The notes under the pieces are model-generated. The model ran no database searches. It was given only the letters and a program-made list of their open reading frames with translations, and had not been told where the DNA came from. From contig NMRA01000093.1 in NCBI GenBank assembly GCA_002633005.1, positions 948,505 through 1,012,504 on the forward strand: a stretch of 64,000 nt of DNA, written 5' to 3'. Made by a program: the position numbers and the translations under genes. Within the stretch, counting starts at the first letter, position 1. The number at the start of each line of letters is the position of its first letter. The DNA comes from Phoronis australis (lineage: Eukaryota; Animalia; Phoronida). Of the stretch, positions 26,712 to 39,680 are shown in pieces.

Positions 26712-27319
26712 TTTTGATGAAAGTATGCTTCTTCTTATTTCTTAGTGCGATCATGTGTTGTATGAGTGTAGACCATGGTTCAGCAGCTAAACAGGAGCGA
26801 ACAAAATTAAAGTCATAATATAACTGCAAGGCAAAATGTAGTAAATCAACGGAAACAATCTAACTCGGAATGCATATCACCAGAAAAACAACTGTACAGG
26901 ACAAAATCAAAATTCAGACTCAAAAGAAATGAACCAAATTTGTATTGATAGTTTTCACAAATATTTTACATCACAACTATTTGCAGCAAGTAATCCATCA
27001 GCACTATGCAAAACAAAGCCAGTAATCAATTACCCATATAGACCAGCATAATAGTATAAAGTGGAACAGTCTGTATTCATGGACATAGTAAAACAATGGC
27101 AATGTAAAAGCAAAAAGTGCAAATGTTCCATGTTTGTAGCTAACATGTGACTTAAGTAACACAATCCAGGACTGTCACCTATGTAAACAACACTCACGAA
27201 ACGCCAAACAAAACCAGATGGTTCATGAGCTAGGGTAACATTTCTAGGAAATTAAAAATTGTATTTCCAGGAATATACTGTACAGATCTTCAGAGTAAGG
27301 TAATTTGATGTATTGTGAC

Positions 27320-27555
27320 TTTGCAACCCCTATGTCACAAGTTAGGTGTGGTACCGGCTCTGCTTGATAGGTATAATTGGTTAGTCACGGACGACAACGA
27401 CAAAATACGAGTGTGGACCGGTTATTTATATATCCCATTATGCCCAAGGAACTTTGGAACAGTATTTTCCAGGAATATCATATTGATGTTGCCTTCAAAC
27501 CGGTATGTACTTTTGCATCAGTGGTTGGTTAATGCTAAGGACGAGACCACACCAG
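27320..27555 (+). mobile_element. Penelope-like retroelement fragment
   Basis: PLCHKLGVVPALLDR and (frameshifted) YHIDVAFKPVCT/LHQWLVNAKD match the Penelope RT-to-GIY-YIG linker pattern. Confidence 0.6.
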
Positions 27556-28573
27556 GTTTTTAGTCAAAAGCCAAAGATTCTAGTTTGGTCAGTAGCATGT
27601 GTTAACAGTTTTGAGTACTCTTCGGTGGCCTGCTTGAGTGTGAGAATCTCGATGCATTATGCTCAACGTAACAATTATAAGTATTTGGCCACAAGTTAAT
27701 ACTAGTGTAACAACTTGCATAGTATAATAACACATTATTTAAAAATTTAACAACTTATATTTTAACAACAAGACAAATGTAGCCTACTCAGATCATATCA
27801 CCACATGCCCTACACAGATCTAAATCAAATAACATTCTGTGGACCAACGTGTCCATATTTCAACAAGACCTGAACAGGCCAACAACTCCACATCCAATGT
27901 CAAATTCATGACAACTTCCATATAAATATAGATGTAGTTCTGTGATAAAATCTCACCAATATAGAACACAAAATGGCAGACAAACTAAATTCTATTTTCT
28001 CAAATTAATACTTTGCCATATTCAAGTTCTCTACCATAGCTACAATCGTAAAATATGAAAATCTGTGAGATCTTGAAAGAACAAAAAAGGATAATTTTAG
28101 AAATAATATATGTCCGAAATTGGAGAGATTTTATGGCAGTGTTTGATAACAGTTATTATGTCTCATTATGAAGTACAAATAAGCTCAACTCAGGCTGAGT
28201 ACAGGTCGTTATTACAATTCACACATTCAATGAACAACATACTTGTCACTAACACTACTGCTATAACAATACTATAGAGTGAATTGGCTTATAAGAATCC
28301 ACCCAATGCAGATCTTTAAAAATAAGATCTTTAAAAACTTTAAAAACTTGATGCACTGAAGAACTATTGAAGTCTGAGAAAACTTTTAAAGGTGAAATGG
28401 AATGTTTTGTAGTGTAAAAATACAAAAAGGACATAATTGTAATTAAACAGTAAAAATGTATGTGATCAAGATGATTACCATATGCTTATTAAAGCAACAC
28501 TTAGTTACAATTTTCTCTCCACACAAATTCACTGTTCGCTAAGTTGACAAACTATACAGCACCTTCCCCAGTC

Positions 28574-28791
28574 CTATAGACTAACATTAAACTCCTGAGC
28601 GAGGTACTTCAGGATCTTTCTACTCCTCTTATTCTTCACCACAGCAAATGTTTTTTTCAACAAAATTTCTGGTGTTTCAGCCTGCTCTGGTTTATCATTT
28701 CGAAACATCAGCATTCCTTGGTATACAGCTTCTGCAGGACCACTATCTGCATACCTCATCTGTAGCCGATCAATATGTGCTTCCAACAAAC
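28574..28791 (-). CDS. TNFR-family death receptor exon 9 (death domain C-part, stop)
   Basis: CAG acceptor, phase 1; GLLEAHIDRLQMRY...EAVYQGMLMF...TPEILL fits the death-domain helix pattern. Confidence 0.8.
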
Positions 28792-29212
28792 CTGAAATAC
28801 AATCACCAGCTTGAAAACACTTAAATTGGAATTGAGTAAAACACCAACAGTACTCCAAAATTGACAATTCCACACCTACAATTCCGCACCTACTACAGTA
28901 TCACTAATAAAACAATACAATCATGGACAGATCCCAAGATTGATACATCAGCGTTCTGTCGTTCAGTAACTTTTCCAGACGTGAGGGGTGCTGAAGGTGC
29001 GATAACATCTGGCTCTTTTGTTAACTGCCCAGCTCAGTCTTTTGTACCGTAGGCCAATTATCTCCCAGGCTTCAAAGGAAACGTATGGAGGTTGTACACT
29101 ATTACCGAACGCATATGAACACAGTCAAACCCAGGGCGTCCGTTTGGACAGAATAGATTGGCTTAACTTCTGTTGTAGTAGGGCGATTTTGGTGATTCAA
29201 AAACGGAGCATG

Positions 29213-29375
29213 CAGTGGCGGATTTAGAGGGGGGCCAAGGGGGCCAAGGGGGCCATGGCTCTCCTAAAATTCTCCCATATTAAATTTGGTAATTCAGGGT
29301 GCAAGTGTCTGATGGGCAAATTCCTGGCTAATACTCTGCCCTGCCCCCCAACTCAAAATCCTAGATCCACCCCTG
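29213..29375. mobile_element. hAT-like MITE (CAGTGGCGGAT...GATCCACCCCTG)
   Basis: TIRs; related copies at 30043-30170, ~51110-51220 and a left end at 57215. Confidence 0.7.
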
Positions 29376-30042
29376 GTCAAGGTTTTGCAGCACTAGCTGC
29401 GGCACAGAACAGACATTACGTAGTACGTTTTGTTTGAGTAGACTTGAGTATGTGCGGCCGAAATTAATAAACTTCAGCACGTGCACTCATATAAATAACC
29501 CCGGCATAAATCCTGAAGGTTACTGGAGTGATAGGCCTACACTGACTTATTCAGTTCTGACAGTGGCGTTATTTTGAACTCAGGAGACGATTTGTGTGCG
29601 TTAAAATATTGCCCTTCGTTTTCCGTAGGATTCAAAAAGATTGTAGGTGATACTCAAACATTAAACTAAGGCCGTAAGTTATTTTTAGAAATGCCATTGC
29701 TTGAGAGAACGCTTGTTAGCTGTCCCGCCGGTTTTCAGATGTAGCGCAGCTTAGATAACTCTAAAAACGTTACTAAGTAACTTTGAAACTTGAACACACA
29801 TCTTAGCCGAGTATCGCTTACTTCTCTCCCAGCCAGTTCTAAATGTTGTCTTGTCTTTTACGCTGGCTTTTCCTCCGTGATAATTCTACGTTTCAAACAC
29901 TCACTGACGCCTTGCTATGCGAGGCTACCTAATTTTATAAGCACCTCCTCGTGATGGTCACATGACACAACTCATTTCCCTGACGCCGGCAAGTGTGCAA
30001 AAAAGCCCATTAATTGGTCCAGTTTCATAAAGTTTACGTAAG

Positions 30043-30170
30043 CAGTGGCGGTTTTAGGGGGGGGCAAGGGGCCATGGCCCCCTAATTTTCTCGGCAGATT
30101 CCATTTGGCAGCTCGGGGGTGCGAATGTCTGCCCTGCCCCCCCCAACTCAAAATCCTGGATCCGCCCCTG
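30043..30170. mobile_element. hAT-like MITE, same family
   Basis: CAGTGGCGG...GATCCGCCCCTG; body shared with the 29213 copy. Confidence 0.7.
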
Positions 30171-31337
30171 GCATGATCAGCATTTGACGAGGAATTCAGA
30201 AATGCTATTGGCTTAAGCTCAAATACGTTACAACTTAACTTTCATTTTTATCAGCCCAGCCCAGTCAGTCTAGATACGATCTGATCAGAGATTAGAGCAA
30301 TTATCGAACAAAAGAGCGCAGGCCCTCCCACCATAAATGCCAAAATGGAGTTAATCAGTTGTGTAAGATGTTGGCTACGTGGGTAAACTTCCCAACTTGT
30401 TGTTGGGCTATAGAATCAAACAAGTTAGGAGCAACGGGATGTCGCCGCCATGATATGGACCAAGGGAAAGCAATCTTGCCAGCGGCAGAGAGCAACTACA
30501 CTCTTCCAAAATCAATGTGTATGGAACGTCAATTTGAATTCGTATTTCATAGCAATCCTACGTGACTGTTCTTTTGAGAATGCATGCATTGCACACATTT
30601 ATATTGAAATATACAAGTACCTCGTAACTTACTACTGTAATAACGCTCACATGAATCTTGAAAACCTTCTCACTTAGGATGTTTATACTCTGGTACCTGG
30701 ATTAGATTATAATTAGGATTTTAGATGCTTCTTTTACAATTTGCAGTGAAATCTACCATGATTGTACTGTAACATGATTTGATTGTATTCTAACATCAAC
30801 TTCTGGACATACTTGTGCACTGTAGAGTCCAGATTGCAAAACTCGCACAAACGATTGCAATGCACACATTCTCAAAATTGCGATGCTATGAAATCCTGCC
30901 ATGAGCATGTTTGATCTGTTATTTCTATGGCCAGGTAAGTCAATTTTATGCTTATCGGATATTATCATGCTGCAAATAAGGCAATCAGAGGAAAGAACTT
31001 GTGTGAGTGGCCATGGAAAAACATCTGTTTAATTTCACGAAGAGCAATGAGAGGAGAAAAAAAATCATTAAAAATTGGCTGGTGACATTTTCCTAGAACA
31101 AGCACAAATAATAAGATGTTTTGGAGATCCTTCTTACAATTTAATTGACAGGGGGATGTATAACCATCCAGGCTCAGCCATATTCTCTCTTTAATAGAAA
31201 CATAAATTGAGTATCGTGAAATAGTGCTATCAGAGACTTGGTACATACATGAAAATGCAACCAATACTTTTGTGAGCCTTACCTTTGAAATCCCTTAACT
31301 CAAAGACTGTGACAGAACTCATAATGTGTATACCTAC

Positions 31338-31421
31338 CCAAGTCTCTCAAAAGGAACCGATGCTCTTTTCCAAGGACATGTTGAGCTAAATATGATGCAC
31401 AATCCAGAAAGTCATCATTAC
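31338..31421 (-). CDS. TNFR exon 8 (death domain N-part: NDDFLDCASYLAQHVLGKEHRFLLRDLG)
   Basis: CAG/GTAGGT borders, 84 nt, phase 1-1, LxRxLG motif. Confidence 0.8.
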
Positions 31422-32966
31422 CTGCAAAAGTTGAAATCCTGTGACATTACATGTTGTCCTGCTGTGAAAGTGGCATCTGAAAGGAAGATTCATCATTTTC
31501 TAAATAGAAATTTTCAACAGCACTGATGTATACGACTGTATCTTCACATAGTTGACAATTTTTTTTTCTATTACTGAATTTTGACATTGTTCTACTATTT
31601 ACCAATTGTTCTGGCCATTGAGACCGAGACAAAACCAACAATCTAATCAACTCAGTCCTAATGGGTCTATAACCCTGTAACTGGACTAAGGGTCTAATAT
31701 TTTTAATCGAAATCAATCTTATTTTTGGCATTTTCAATCTAATCTACTCTTTTGCAAATTCAAAATAAGTGACAATTACCCTGTGTTCATTACATAATGG
31801 CTGACATGGATAAATGTCTAATCCTAGTTTGTACTTGATGACCCTATCATAAAGCTAAAACTCCAAGTTTTCACTCGAAACTTCCAGTTGTTAAATAAAA
31901 AAATAACTGCACGCGGTCTGATACACATTGTACCAGACGTGCGCAGGCCTCGCATGTGGGCCCATTGCACTGTTCACCTGGAAATATTTTTATGCTTTAT
32001 TAATATATGGTTGTTACTCAAGCATTGATAACTCGAATACATGGGTCATCAAGTGCAAATCTGGACTGAAAAATCGTATGCATGAAGCATAACATACTAA
32101 TAGTCACTTTTTATCATGAATTCACACAATTAAATTAAAACACAAAATGCCAAAAATAATTAAGAGTTAAGACTCCAGGACCAGTGCATGACGAAAAGAA
32201 AACTGGATATATAAATCCTTACATCAATCATGCAAATATTTAAACAAAAACAATTACAATGAGCATTGTGGCACCCTTGAAATTGCAAAAATAGCCCAAT
32301 CTGTTCTTGAGCAGCAAAGCATGAGCAGCGCATCATAGGGGGATGGGGGGTTATAGCCTCCACCTATTTCAGTGCTGCGCCGACCATGGTCACATAGACG
32401 GTGCCCGAAGGGGGCTCAGGGGGGCTAGAGCCCCCATTTATTTTAGTGCTGCACCAACCCACACAAAATGATAAATTTTGTAGTACAGCGAGCACCTTGC
32501 AGTTCTCAGGTACCACCGATTCAAATTTAGGTTAATGTCATTTTGGTGGCATCACCAGCAAGGCTGCACAATGTCATGTGCAAGAGTTAGTTTTTAAGCA
32601 CACGGTTTATTCTGAGTAACTATTCATCAAATTGTCTGGAAAGTTTGTGAAGGTTTGCTGCTTGCACTGGCAAATGTCATTCGCCTAATAGTACAAGAAT
32701 ATGAAATTCAACAAAAACGTTGCGATATCCATAATACGGTACATTGCTAAAAAAAAAAAGAGTATAAATCGGTAAATTTTGTTGTTTTATTTACCGATTT
32801 ATATTCTTCATTTCATGAAACAATAGTATCCTTGGGAGGATCTGGATCGCCTTATTTAGTTTCAGATATACTTTCTACGTTAAAAAAAGAGGAAATTCGT
32901 GAATATTCAAAATCCTTGGACAGCGATTTCTGGTCTACAGATGCAAGAGAATATTGGGCGACTTAA

Positions 32967-33225
32967 AGGCAAAGGCAACCTTTTTTCATGTCACTTTTAG
33001 CAAAAATAAGGTTCGTTGATTATCCCAAACACATTTTTCACTTAATTACAGCTTTTCGTAATTTGATTAATTTCTCGTCCTCTACTCCGGAAGTGACATT
33101 TTAGGAGGCAAGAGTTTCGCGCAAATTTCTTTACATTATAGTCTGACTGTGAGAAATGTCGAGTCAGTCATTGTTCTACCACGTTATTTTTGCTAAAAAT
33201 GACATGGAAAAGGTTGCCTTCGCCT
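32967..33225. mobile_element. Kolobok-like MITE (short)
   Basis: TTAA|AGGCAAAGGCAACC...GGTTGCCTTCGCCT|TTAA. Confidence 0.85.
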
Positions 33226-33229
33226 TTAA

Positions 33230-34104
33230 AGGCGAAGGCAATTAACTCTTTTCCATGTCTTTTTTAGCAAAAATAAGGTTCGTTGCTTACCCCAGACATA
33301 TTTTCCACTTCATTACAGCTTTTCATAATTTAATTAATTATTTGTTCTCTACTCCGGAAGTGACGTTTTGGGAGGCAAGCATTTCGCGCCAATTTCTTTT
33401 TCATATAGTCCGACTGTGAGAGCTGCCGAGTCAGTCATTGTTCTATCTTGGTTGTGATAAGTTCGGTCGTCGTTTGCTATTGTTTACGACTCAATTAACA
33501 TGCCACACTGTTGCTGCGTACCGGGATGTACTCATTATTGTTTCACGGACAGAGGAACAACTGTCCCATTTGCCAGAGTGTACTACGACACACTCCCACT
33601 GGATAGTGACCTGAGCACACACACACTGCTTACACCCCGCCGTGTGACTCCCTCGCCACACACCTGGCACCTTCTAAATAGCTCCAATACTTTAAACAAG
33701 TCCACCATAAACTTATCAAAGTTTGGCTCACTGATCTGTTCATTGAACGATGAACTGTACTCTTCACTGACTGGACCTGCTTACAGGCTTTGGGCCATAA
33801 TGAGTACATCCCCGTATGCAGCAACAGTGTGGCATGTTGACTGACTCGTAAACAAAAGCAAACGACGACCGAACTTAATTATCACAACCGAGGTAGATCA
33901 ATGACTAACTCGACAGCTCTCATAGTCAGACTATATGAAAAGAAATTGGCGCGAAATGCTTGCCTCCCAAAACGTCACTTCCGGAGTAGAGAACGAATAT
34001 TTAATTAAATTACAAAAAGCTGTAATTAAGTTGAAAATATATCTGGGATAACCAACGAACCTTATTTTTGCTAAACATGACATGAAAAAAGGTTGCTTTC
34101 GCCT
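33230..34104. mobile_element. Kolobok-like MITE with ~310-bp inverted arms, each ending in a THAP start (MPHCCC)
   Basis: TTAA TSDs; long inverted arms; MPHCCCVPGC on + at 33500 and mirrored ATGCCACACTGTTGCTGC on - near 33835. Confidence 0.85.
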
Positions 34105-34281
34105 TTAACAAGGCGTGGAGCAAAGGTTTTTCACTGTCGTAGGTTGAGTTAGCTGGCAAATATCTGTGCCAACTTTCATGATCCATTGAGCAGTTTGACA
34201 GATAGAGAAACGGACAGAAGCGAACAGACTCATAAATAATAAAAATGGCCGCTTAGTGGTTAAGAAAACCTCAATATATTT

Positions 34282-36051
34282 AACAAGAGCAACGTGGAGC
34301 ATTGAAATGCGCCCACGAATGCATCGCAAATGGTGTGCTTTTAGGGTTGTTTATTTGTGCCATAAAAATGGCCAATAGATGGCGCAAAAACGTACAATCC
34401 ATCCCAAAACGGGAACATGTCATTGCTTCTTTAATAGAAAGCAAATTTCATAGAAACCTGTCATGGAACTTCAGAGAAACAGCGGAAAACCAAATAAAAT
34501 GAAATTGCCACTAGGGGGCACACTTTTCATTGGATCCGCCTAAAAGTCGCCATTGTCCGTTTTTAGCTTCATATAAACACACTCACTAATTAAACTTAAT
34601 AAAGATCCTGCACTGGGTTTAGGAGATACAGCTATGGGTGCAAAACAAAACAAAAAACAAACTACCACTAGGAGGCGCCACAGTAGTCAAAGTTGTCATG
34701 GTCAACCATCCACTTCACACTGAGAAAATATACGCCAATTTTCAAAATCATCCTCAGAATGATTTGGTTGATAGAGGGATAGACGCCAAAAACAGACTCA
34801 AAAACAGCAAAAATGGCCACTAGGTGGCGAAAAATACCTCGATTCCATCCGAAAACGGGAGCATAGCCTCATCTCACCAATAAACACCCATATTCAAAAT
34901 TTTATGAAAATCGGTTGAGGACCTTTGAAGATACAGAGGTAAATGTAAAACTAAAATTGCCAGCAGGGGGCACACCAGTAGTCAGATCCATTCGAAAATC
35001 GTTGTCGTTCGTTGACGACATCATAAACACACTTGTTAAATTTAGTAAAGATCCTGCAAACGGTTTTGGAGATACAGCCACGGGCAAAAAAAACGAAACT
35101 GCCACTAGGAGGCGCCACAGTAGTTGAAGTCATCAGAAAATCATCATCACCAGTCCACTTCATAGTAAAAACACACATTTTCACAATTATCTTGAAAGCG
35201 GTTTAGTTGATAGAGGGTTGGAAGCCAAAAAACAGACTCAAAAACAGTAAATATGGCCACTAGGTGGTGCAAACTAGGTCGAATCCATCTGAAAACGGAA
35301 AGATAGCGTCACCTCACTAACAGAAGCCTGTACACCAAATTTTATGAAAACACGGTGAGGACCTTTGAAGATACTGAGGAAAACGTAAAAAAATAAAACT
35401 AGGTGGCAAACCAGAAGTCAGATCTGTCCGAAAGTCGTTGCCATCTCATGTCATCATCATATAAATTGCACTTACTAAATTTAGTAAATATCCTGCAAAC
35501 AGTTTAGGAGATATAGCCATAGGCACAAAAAAATTGCCACTAGGAGGTGCCATAGGAGTCGAAGTCGTCGGAAAAATCATCGTTAACCGTACTCTTCATA
35601 GTACGTACATGCCAATTTTCACAATCATCCTTAGAGCGGTTTGGTGGATAGTGGGGTGGACGCTAAAAAACAGACTCAAAAACAGTAAAAATGGCCACTA
35701 GGTGGCGCAAACTACGTCAAATCCATCCGAAAACGGGAGGATACTGTGTTCTCACTAGTAAATGCCTATATACCACATTTTGTGAAAATATGTTGAGGAC
35801 CTTTAAGATACAGACTAAAAACGTAAAAAACTAAAATTGCCACTAGGGGGCACACCAGTAGTTGCATCCGTCCGAAACTTCGCTCATGTCGTTCCATCCA
35901 AGAAAGGAACACGGACGTGTGCAAAATTTCACGAACATATGTCAACCAGTTTTGAAGATAGAGCAGCCGATGCCCGACGGACACCGCCCGGACGGACGGA
36001 CAGAGATGACGGCATAATGCGTCCAAATACAAATATGTGGGCTCGTAAAAA
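34282..36051 (-). mobile_element. Helentron-associated non-autonomous element (HINE/DINE-1-like) with ~148-bp internal repeats
   Basis: AACAAG terminus, terminal hairpin, ATGCGCCCAC subTIR, (GGAC)n microsatellite, stem-loop at the other end; sits inside older family sequence (~34130-36200). Confidence 0.85.
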
Positions 36052-36229
36052 TGGAAAGACTTCCTAATCTCCGCAATACTGAGAAACCTAAATTCTAAAT
36101 TTCCTGCAAATCCGTTTAGGAGCCTTGAAGATACATAGGCAAACGTAAAACACTCAAATTGCCAATAGGGGCACAGCGATAGATCCGTTGTCATTTGTTG
36201 TTAGTTTCATAGGAACAGTAACTGCTGTA

Positions 36230-36800
36230 AACATCCCCTTTCAACCAGGTAAGGATCGATTCGGAGAAATTAATCTTTTGAATTTCTTCAATGTCCTGTG
36301 GCCAGGCTGATAGGTTCCATCCACATTTCAGCCTCACCAGGGGTCATCAATAGAATAGTGAGGGTAATTATAGTTTCTTATCAGATATCTAAATAGAAGG
36401 CTTCAAAGCCTCATGGGATATGATAACTTATGGAAACTATAAAATCTGAGTAGAGGAGTGAAAATTAGATTAAGATGGTTTTGGAATTTTCAAAATCGGT
36501 GAATAGTGATTTGTCGACAAAAGCACAAGCCTTGAGGTAGTCAGTGAAACGTAGTACCCAGCATGGCTTATATGGAATCTCATTGTACTACATCACTAAC
36601 TCACAACAGAAACTGAGCCCAAAAGAATGTGGATAATCTGGTTGCGATGCTGCTTAGGGCATGTTCACCACATGAGAAGATCCTCCATAGGGTGATGCTG
36701 AATGCCATACGCTCGACAACATTATGTTTAATGTGGATGTATAAAAGGCTGTTAAAAGTTGTAAAGTATTCCTTTAATGCATTAAAATGTTAGGGGTGTT
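36230..36800 (-). mobile_element. Possible highly degenerate Penelope-like RT remnant
   Basis: Weak motifs only (FNSLLY, KPCWVLRF, CAFVD, NYNYP). Confidence 0.3.
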
Positions 36801-36860
36801 CAATGCGGAGTTCCTCAAATGTTGCCCTCTTGTCAAGTCAAGACGACACCTATAGCTTAC

Positions 36861-36908
36861 CAGTTTTTTTAAGTTCAGGGATGTTGTGATCTGGTTCTAT
36901 TGCATCAC
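36861..36908 (-). CDS. TNFR exon 7 (DAIEPDHNIPELKKTG)
   Basis: TTTTTCAG/GTAAGC borders, 48 nt, phase 1-1, open frame. Confidence 0.7.
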
Positions 36909-38053
36909 CTGAAAAACAGAAACAGTGTAGATTGTAGCTTCTACTCATATGAAGTATAACATATTGCAAGCTTAGACAGGTATCACAGATTGAATTTTGT
37001 ACACGCCTGATTGAGTGACCAACAATGTCTTTTTTTCGGAATCTGCTGAAAACTGGTAGATGCCATCATCTCTAAAATGGAAAGATTACTGGGGGGTTCT
37101 AGCGACAGACAATTCACCAAAAATCGACTGGTGCAGGAACATTGCTGTCACATACCTTTCTCAAGACACAACGATTGAAATCCGTCAATCGATTTTCCAG
37201 ATATAATTACTGAAACACTCTTTCTCCCAAAGTTGCTACTAAAAAGTTTTATTGTGGCAGCGCACTGTCATCACACATCTCAAACTGTAATCATGACAAA
37301 TTCTTTTTATTAACTTGTAGCAGCACAAAATGAAAGTTAGTGACTGAACAAGGTCTTGGTTAATTAATGGTGTTGTTTCCAACGTCATTCAAGAGGCAAC
37401 TTATAGGACGCAGTATGTCACCAGTTCAGATGCATGGAGAAGTGCAACGTACTAAACATTAATTTAGATTTGTTTCCGATTTTGAAATTACGCCTTCACC
37501 ATTTTGAAAATTAACTTAGTGGATAGTGACATAGCTTGGGTTGGGTGTCCATTCCGGGTAGCACTACGGCAGGGTTGCTGCACTGACGGGGAGGGCGGAA
37601 AAAATGACTAGCGGCAAGCACAGAGAAAGACAGAGATTAGAGCTAAGAGGGATGAAGTAATTTATTTTACACGATAGACAGAAGCCCACAAGTCGTGGCA
37701 AGTACTGCAGTATTATGCTCCACTATAATGGTGATCACTTTTTATTGGTGAATCGCCATACGAGTGGCTTAACCAAGCTCTGTGGACTTTTCAAATGGTG
37801 CCCAGTGCATCTTGTACAGTCAGGTAATTTGTACATAACTACTACATCATGGCATTTCAAACTTTGCTTGCGTGCTTTTGCACCACTTTTTTAAAAAACA
37901 CAATACCTCGACTGAAATTGATGTGGTCAGGCACTTTCCCAGGTCTCAAAATGTGTCAGGGTACAGACCAGAACCAAATATACTTTTTTGGCCAAACAAA
38001 AAGCCTCACACTATAATTGAACATGTAGCACGCTCACGATTTTCAAGACAAAC

Positions 38054-38088
38054 CTGAGTTGTCTCCATCAGGATGATTCCTTCTTTTC
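38054..38088 (-). CDS. TNFR exon 6 (juxtamembrane KRRNHPDGDNSG)
   Basis: TTTCAG/GTTTGT borders, 35 nt, phase 2-1; supplies basic stop-transfer residues after the TM. Confidence 0.75.
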
Positions 38089-38430
38089 CTGAAATGAAAT
38101 CATCAATGTCATAATTTGACCAAAACAAAAATCACTAAATCCAACACCATAACAAATTTTCAAGGACAATAGCCAGTATACACTTCACAGCAACTCGAGG
38201 TATGATGACGAAAAGGGTTTCCATTTTTGTTGTACATCGTTAAAAAGTTACATACCAAACCTGAAAAATTGAGGACATTCTAAGTCAATGTGCGTAGTAG
38301 TTGGTGTTAAATCCATCTTTTACCATTTTTGATTTGTTTGACAAACACATTGAGGTCAAAGGCATTTGGTTCTAGGGACTGTTAGTATGAAAATGGAAAC
38401 AATGTGGTGAAAAAATATGTCTTAGTTGTA

Positions 38431-39680
38431 GACGAGAGCAATGCAGAGCCCACAAATACACTGTAAACGGTGAAACGGTGTGCTTCTAAGAGTGATTATT
38501 TGTATCATAAAAAATACACAATAGATGGCACAAAATATGTTGAATCCATCCGAAAATGGGAACATGTTATCGTTTCTTTACCAGAACACTATTAAATTTC
38601 TTAAAAGTCTGTCTTGCAACTTCAAAGAAACAGAGAAAAATGGAAAAAAATGAAATTGGCACTAGGGGCCACAGCATTTGTCGGATCCATCTGCAAGTCG
38701 TCGTCGTCCGTTGTCAACTTCATAATACACTTGCTAATTTTAACAAAAATCCTGCTGTGAGTTTAGGAGATAAAGCTATAGGTGCAAAAAAACTGCCACT
38801 AGGAGGCACCGCAGTAATTGAAGTCTGTAGAATCATCAGAAACTGCCCTCTACACACACATATGCCAACTTTCACAATAATCCTTAGAGTGGTTTGGTTG
38901 ATAGGGGCGGGTGCTAAAAACCAACTAGAAAACAGTCAAAATGGCCATTAGATGGCGCAAAATACATTGCATCCATCCGAAAATGGGAACATGACATCAT
39001 TTCTTTAATAGACGCTTATACTGTAATACCTGTCATAGTAGACGGTTATTCATAAAAATTCATGAAAAACCATCAAAGAAACTTCTGAGAAAAAGAGCAA
39101 AACAGAAAAAATGTGTTCGTTAGAATCATCTGAAAGTTCGTTGTCAACTCCATAAAAATACACTTGCTACATTTAATAAAGATCCTGCAGTGTGCTTAGG
39201 AGAAACAGCTATGGATGCAAAACAACAAAATTGCTATTATTAGGCGCTACAGTTGTTGAAGTCGTCGGAAAATCATCGTCAACTATGCTCTTCACACTAA
39301 AAACATATGTGCCAATTTTCAAAATCATCCTTAGAGTGATTTGGTTGATAGAGATCCGCACACCAAAACAGTAAAAACTGCTACTAGGTGGCATAAAATA
39401 ACTTTGAATCTATCCAAAGACGGGAGGACAGCATCGATTCACTAATTGATGCCTATGTACCAAATTTCATGAAATCCGTTGAGGACCTATGAAAATAAAG
39501 AGGCGCGGTAATCGGATCCGTCGGAAAGGAAATTCGCCGTCAGCTTCACAGGACCACAGTTGACAAATCTCATCAAGATCCTACTATACGAGGGGTTTAG
39601 GAGATAGAGCTGCGGACGCCGGATGCTCAGACAGAGATGACAGCAATATGCACCCACATATAAATATATGTGCATAAGAA
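38431..39680 (-). mobile_element. HINE copy
   Basis: Same termini and CCACTAGG repeats as the other copies. Confidence 0.8.

Noticed and set aside
34282-36051. Regularly spaced short conserved motif suggesting a CRISPR-like array
   Set aside because: The 'spacers' are homologous to each other, the context is a eukaryotic intron, there are no cas genes, and the termini identify a HINE.
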